21,893 nucleotides of DNA from Octopus sinensis (lineage: Eukaryota): contig NW_021823599.1 in NCBI RefSeq assembly GCF_006345805.1, forward strand, positions 1 through 21,893, given 5' to 3'. The position numbers and the translations under genes are program-made. Every line of letters begins with the position of its first letter. Within the stretch, counting starts at the first letter, position 1. A model generated the notes under the pieces. It was not told where the DNA came from. It did not search any database and saw only the letters and a list, made by a program, of their open reading frames with translations. Shown one piece after another: positions 20,936-21,893 of the stretch.

Positions 20936-21287
20936 ACGGCAAAGGTTTTTTTCCTAAGGTCATACATAATTCTTTTGTAGACGTGGGTTAGTCTCCCATG
21001 ATATTCAAGGCAAGCAGTACTTCAGAAATTCGGAATTTTATCAATTTCCTGTAATTTATGAGGGCAGTCACGAGACCTTCAACAGAGACATTTTACCACA
21101 TTTGCTCTTTTATATGATCAAAGTCTTTGAATCCAGGGGTTGTTTTGAATCCAAGGGTTGCTTTCAAAAAGGTGCGACGATATCAACGTCCAAAACCTTT
21201 GTACATACACTTCGATAGTTGTTGATCTGAATACTTATATCAGTGTTAGCTATTTTCTAGTAAAATCCCTTGGAACTGTATTGGAGT

Positions 21288-21319
<32 letters not shown>

Positions 21320-21480
21320 TGTCATCGTCGTCATCTTCATCATCGTCGTCGTCATCATCATCATCATCATCATTATCATCATCATCGTCATCACCGTCAC
21401 TTTGTTGCTGTTGTTATTGTTTTTGTTCTTCTTTTCCTTCTCCTCATCCCCCCTCCTCCTCCTCCTCCTTCTTCTTCTTC
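21288..21480. repeat. (CAT)/(CGT)n, (CCT)n, (CTT)n triplet array
   Basis: Directly visible. Confidence 0.9.
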
Positions 21481-21599
21481 TCTAATATGGCACATCTATC
21501 AAAAGCCGCCTCATAGAACTTCAAATGCTTCGTTCCTTTTAATATTTACCCTCACCCTTTAACTCTCTTTATGTTTAATAACTCGTTTTTGATCAAAAT

Positions 21600-21769
21600 C
21601 TGCACACACATGCGTGCACACACGAAAACACATACATGAACACGCTTATACATATCCACAAATATGTTAACCGGATATCTCACAAATATTCCTCATTCGC
21701 GTAGCGTAACACAGAATGGCGACACTAATCGCCCGCGAATGTACACACGCACATACAAACATTCACATA

Positions 21770-21808
<39 letters not shown>

Positions 21809-21860
21809 TGTGTGTGTGTTGTGTGTGTGGTGTGTGTGTGGTGTTTGTATGTATGTATAT
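21600..21860. repeat. (CA)n/(TA)n/(TG)n low-complexity block
   Basis: Directly visible. Confidence 0.85.
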
Positions 21861-21893
21861 AACGGGAAGGTTTACGAAAATAAACAAAAGACG

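Overview
AT-rich, microsatellite-saturated animal genomic DNA, intronic or intergenic in character. The SINE families match ones I recall from Octopus genomes, so a cephalopod origin is an inference, not a database result. No intact cellular gene is recognisable, and nearly all listed ORFs are translations of simple repeats. The window holds two decayed Tx1/L1-clade LINE fragments, a 5'-truncated RTE-clade LINE ending in three C2H2 fingers, three tRNA-derived SINE families (labelled A, B, C here) and three small DNA-transposon MITEs. Best leads: (1) a nearly complete type I hammerhead ribozyme fold on the minus strand at 18859-18908, inside an 80-100 nt degenerate tandem repeat; (2) a second, minimal hammerhead-like motif in a Penelope-like insert nested in a SINE; (3) a SINE 3' tail matching the Tx1/L1 LINE 3' end at 33/42 nt, which suggests a SINE-LINE partnership; (4) an in-frame Tx1-to-RTE reverse-transcriptase junction.
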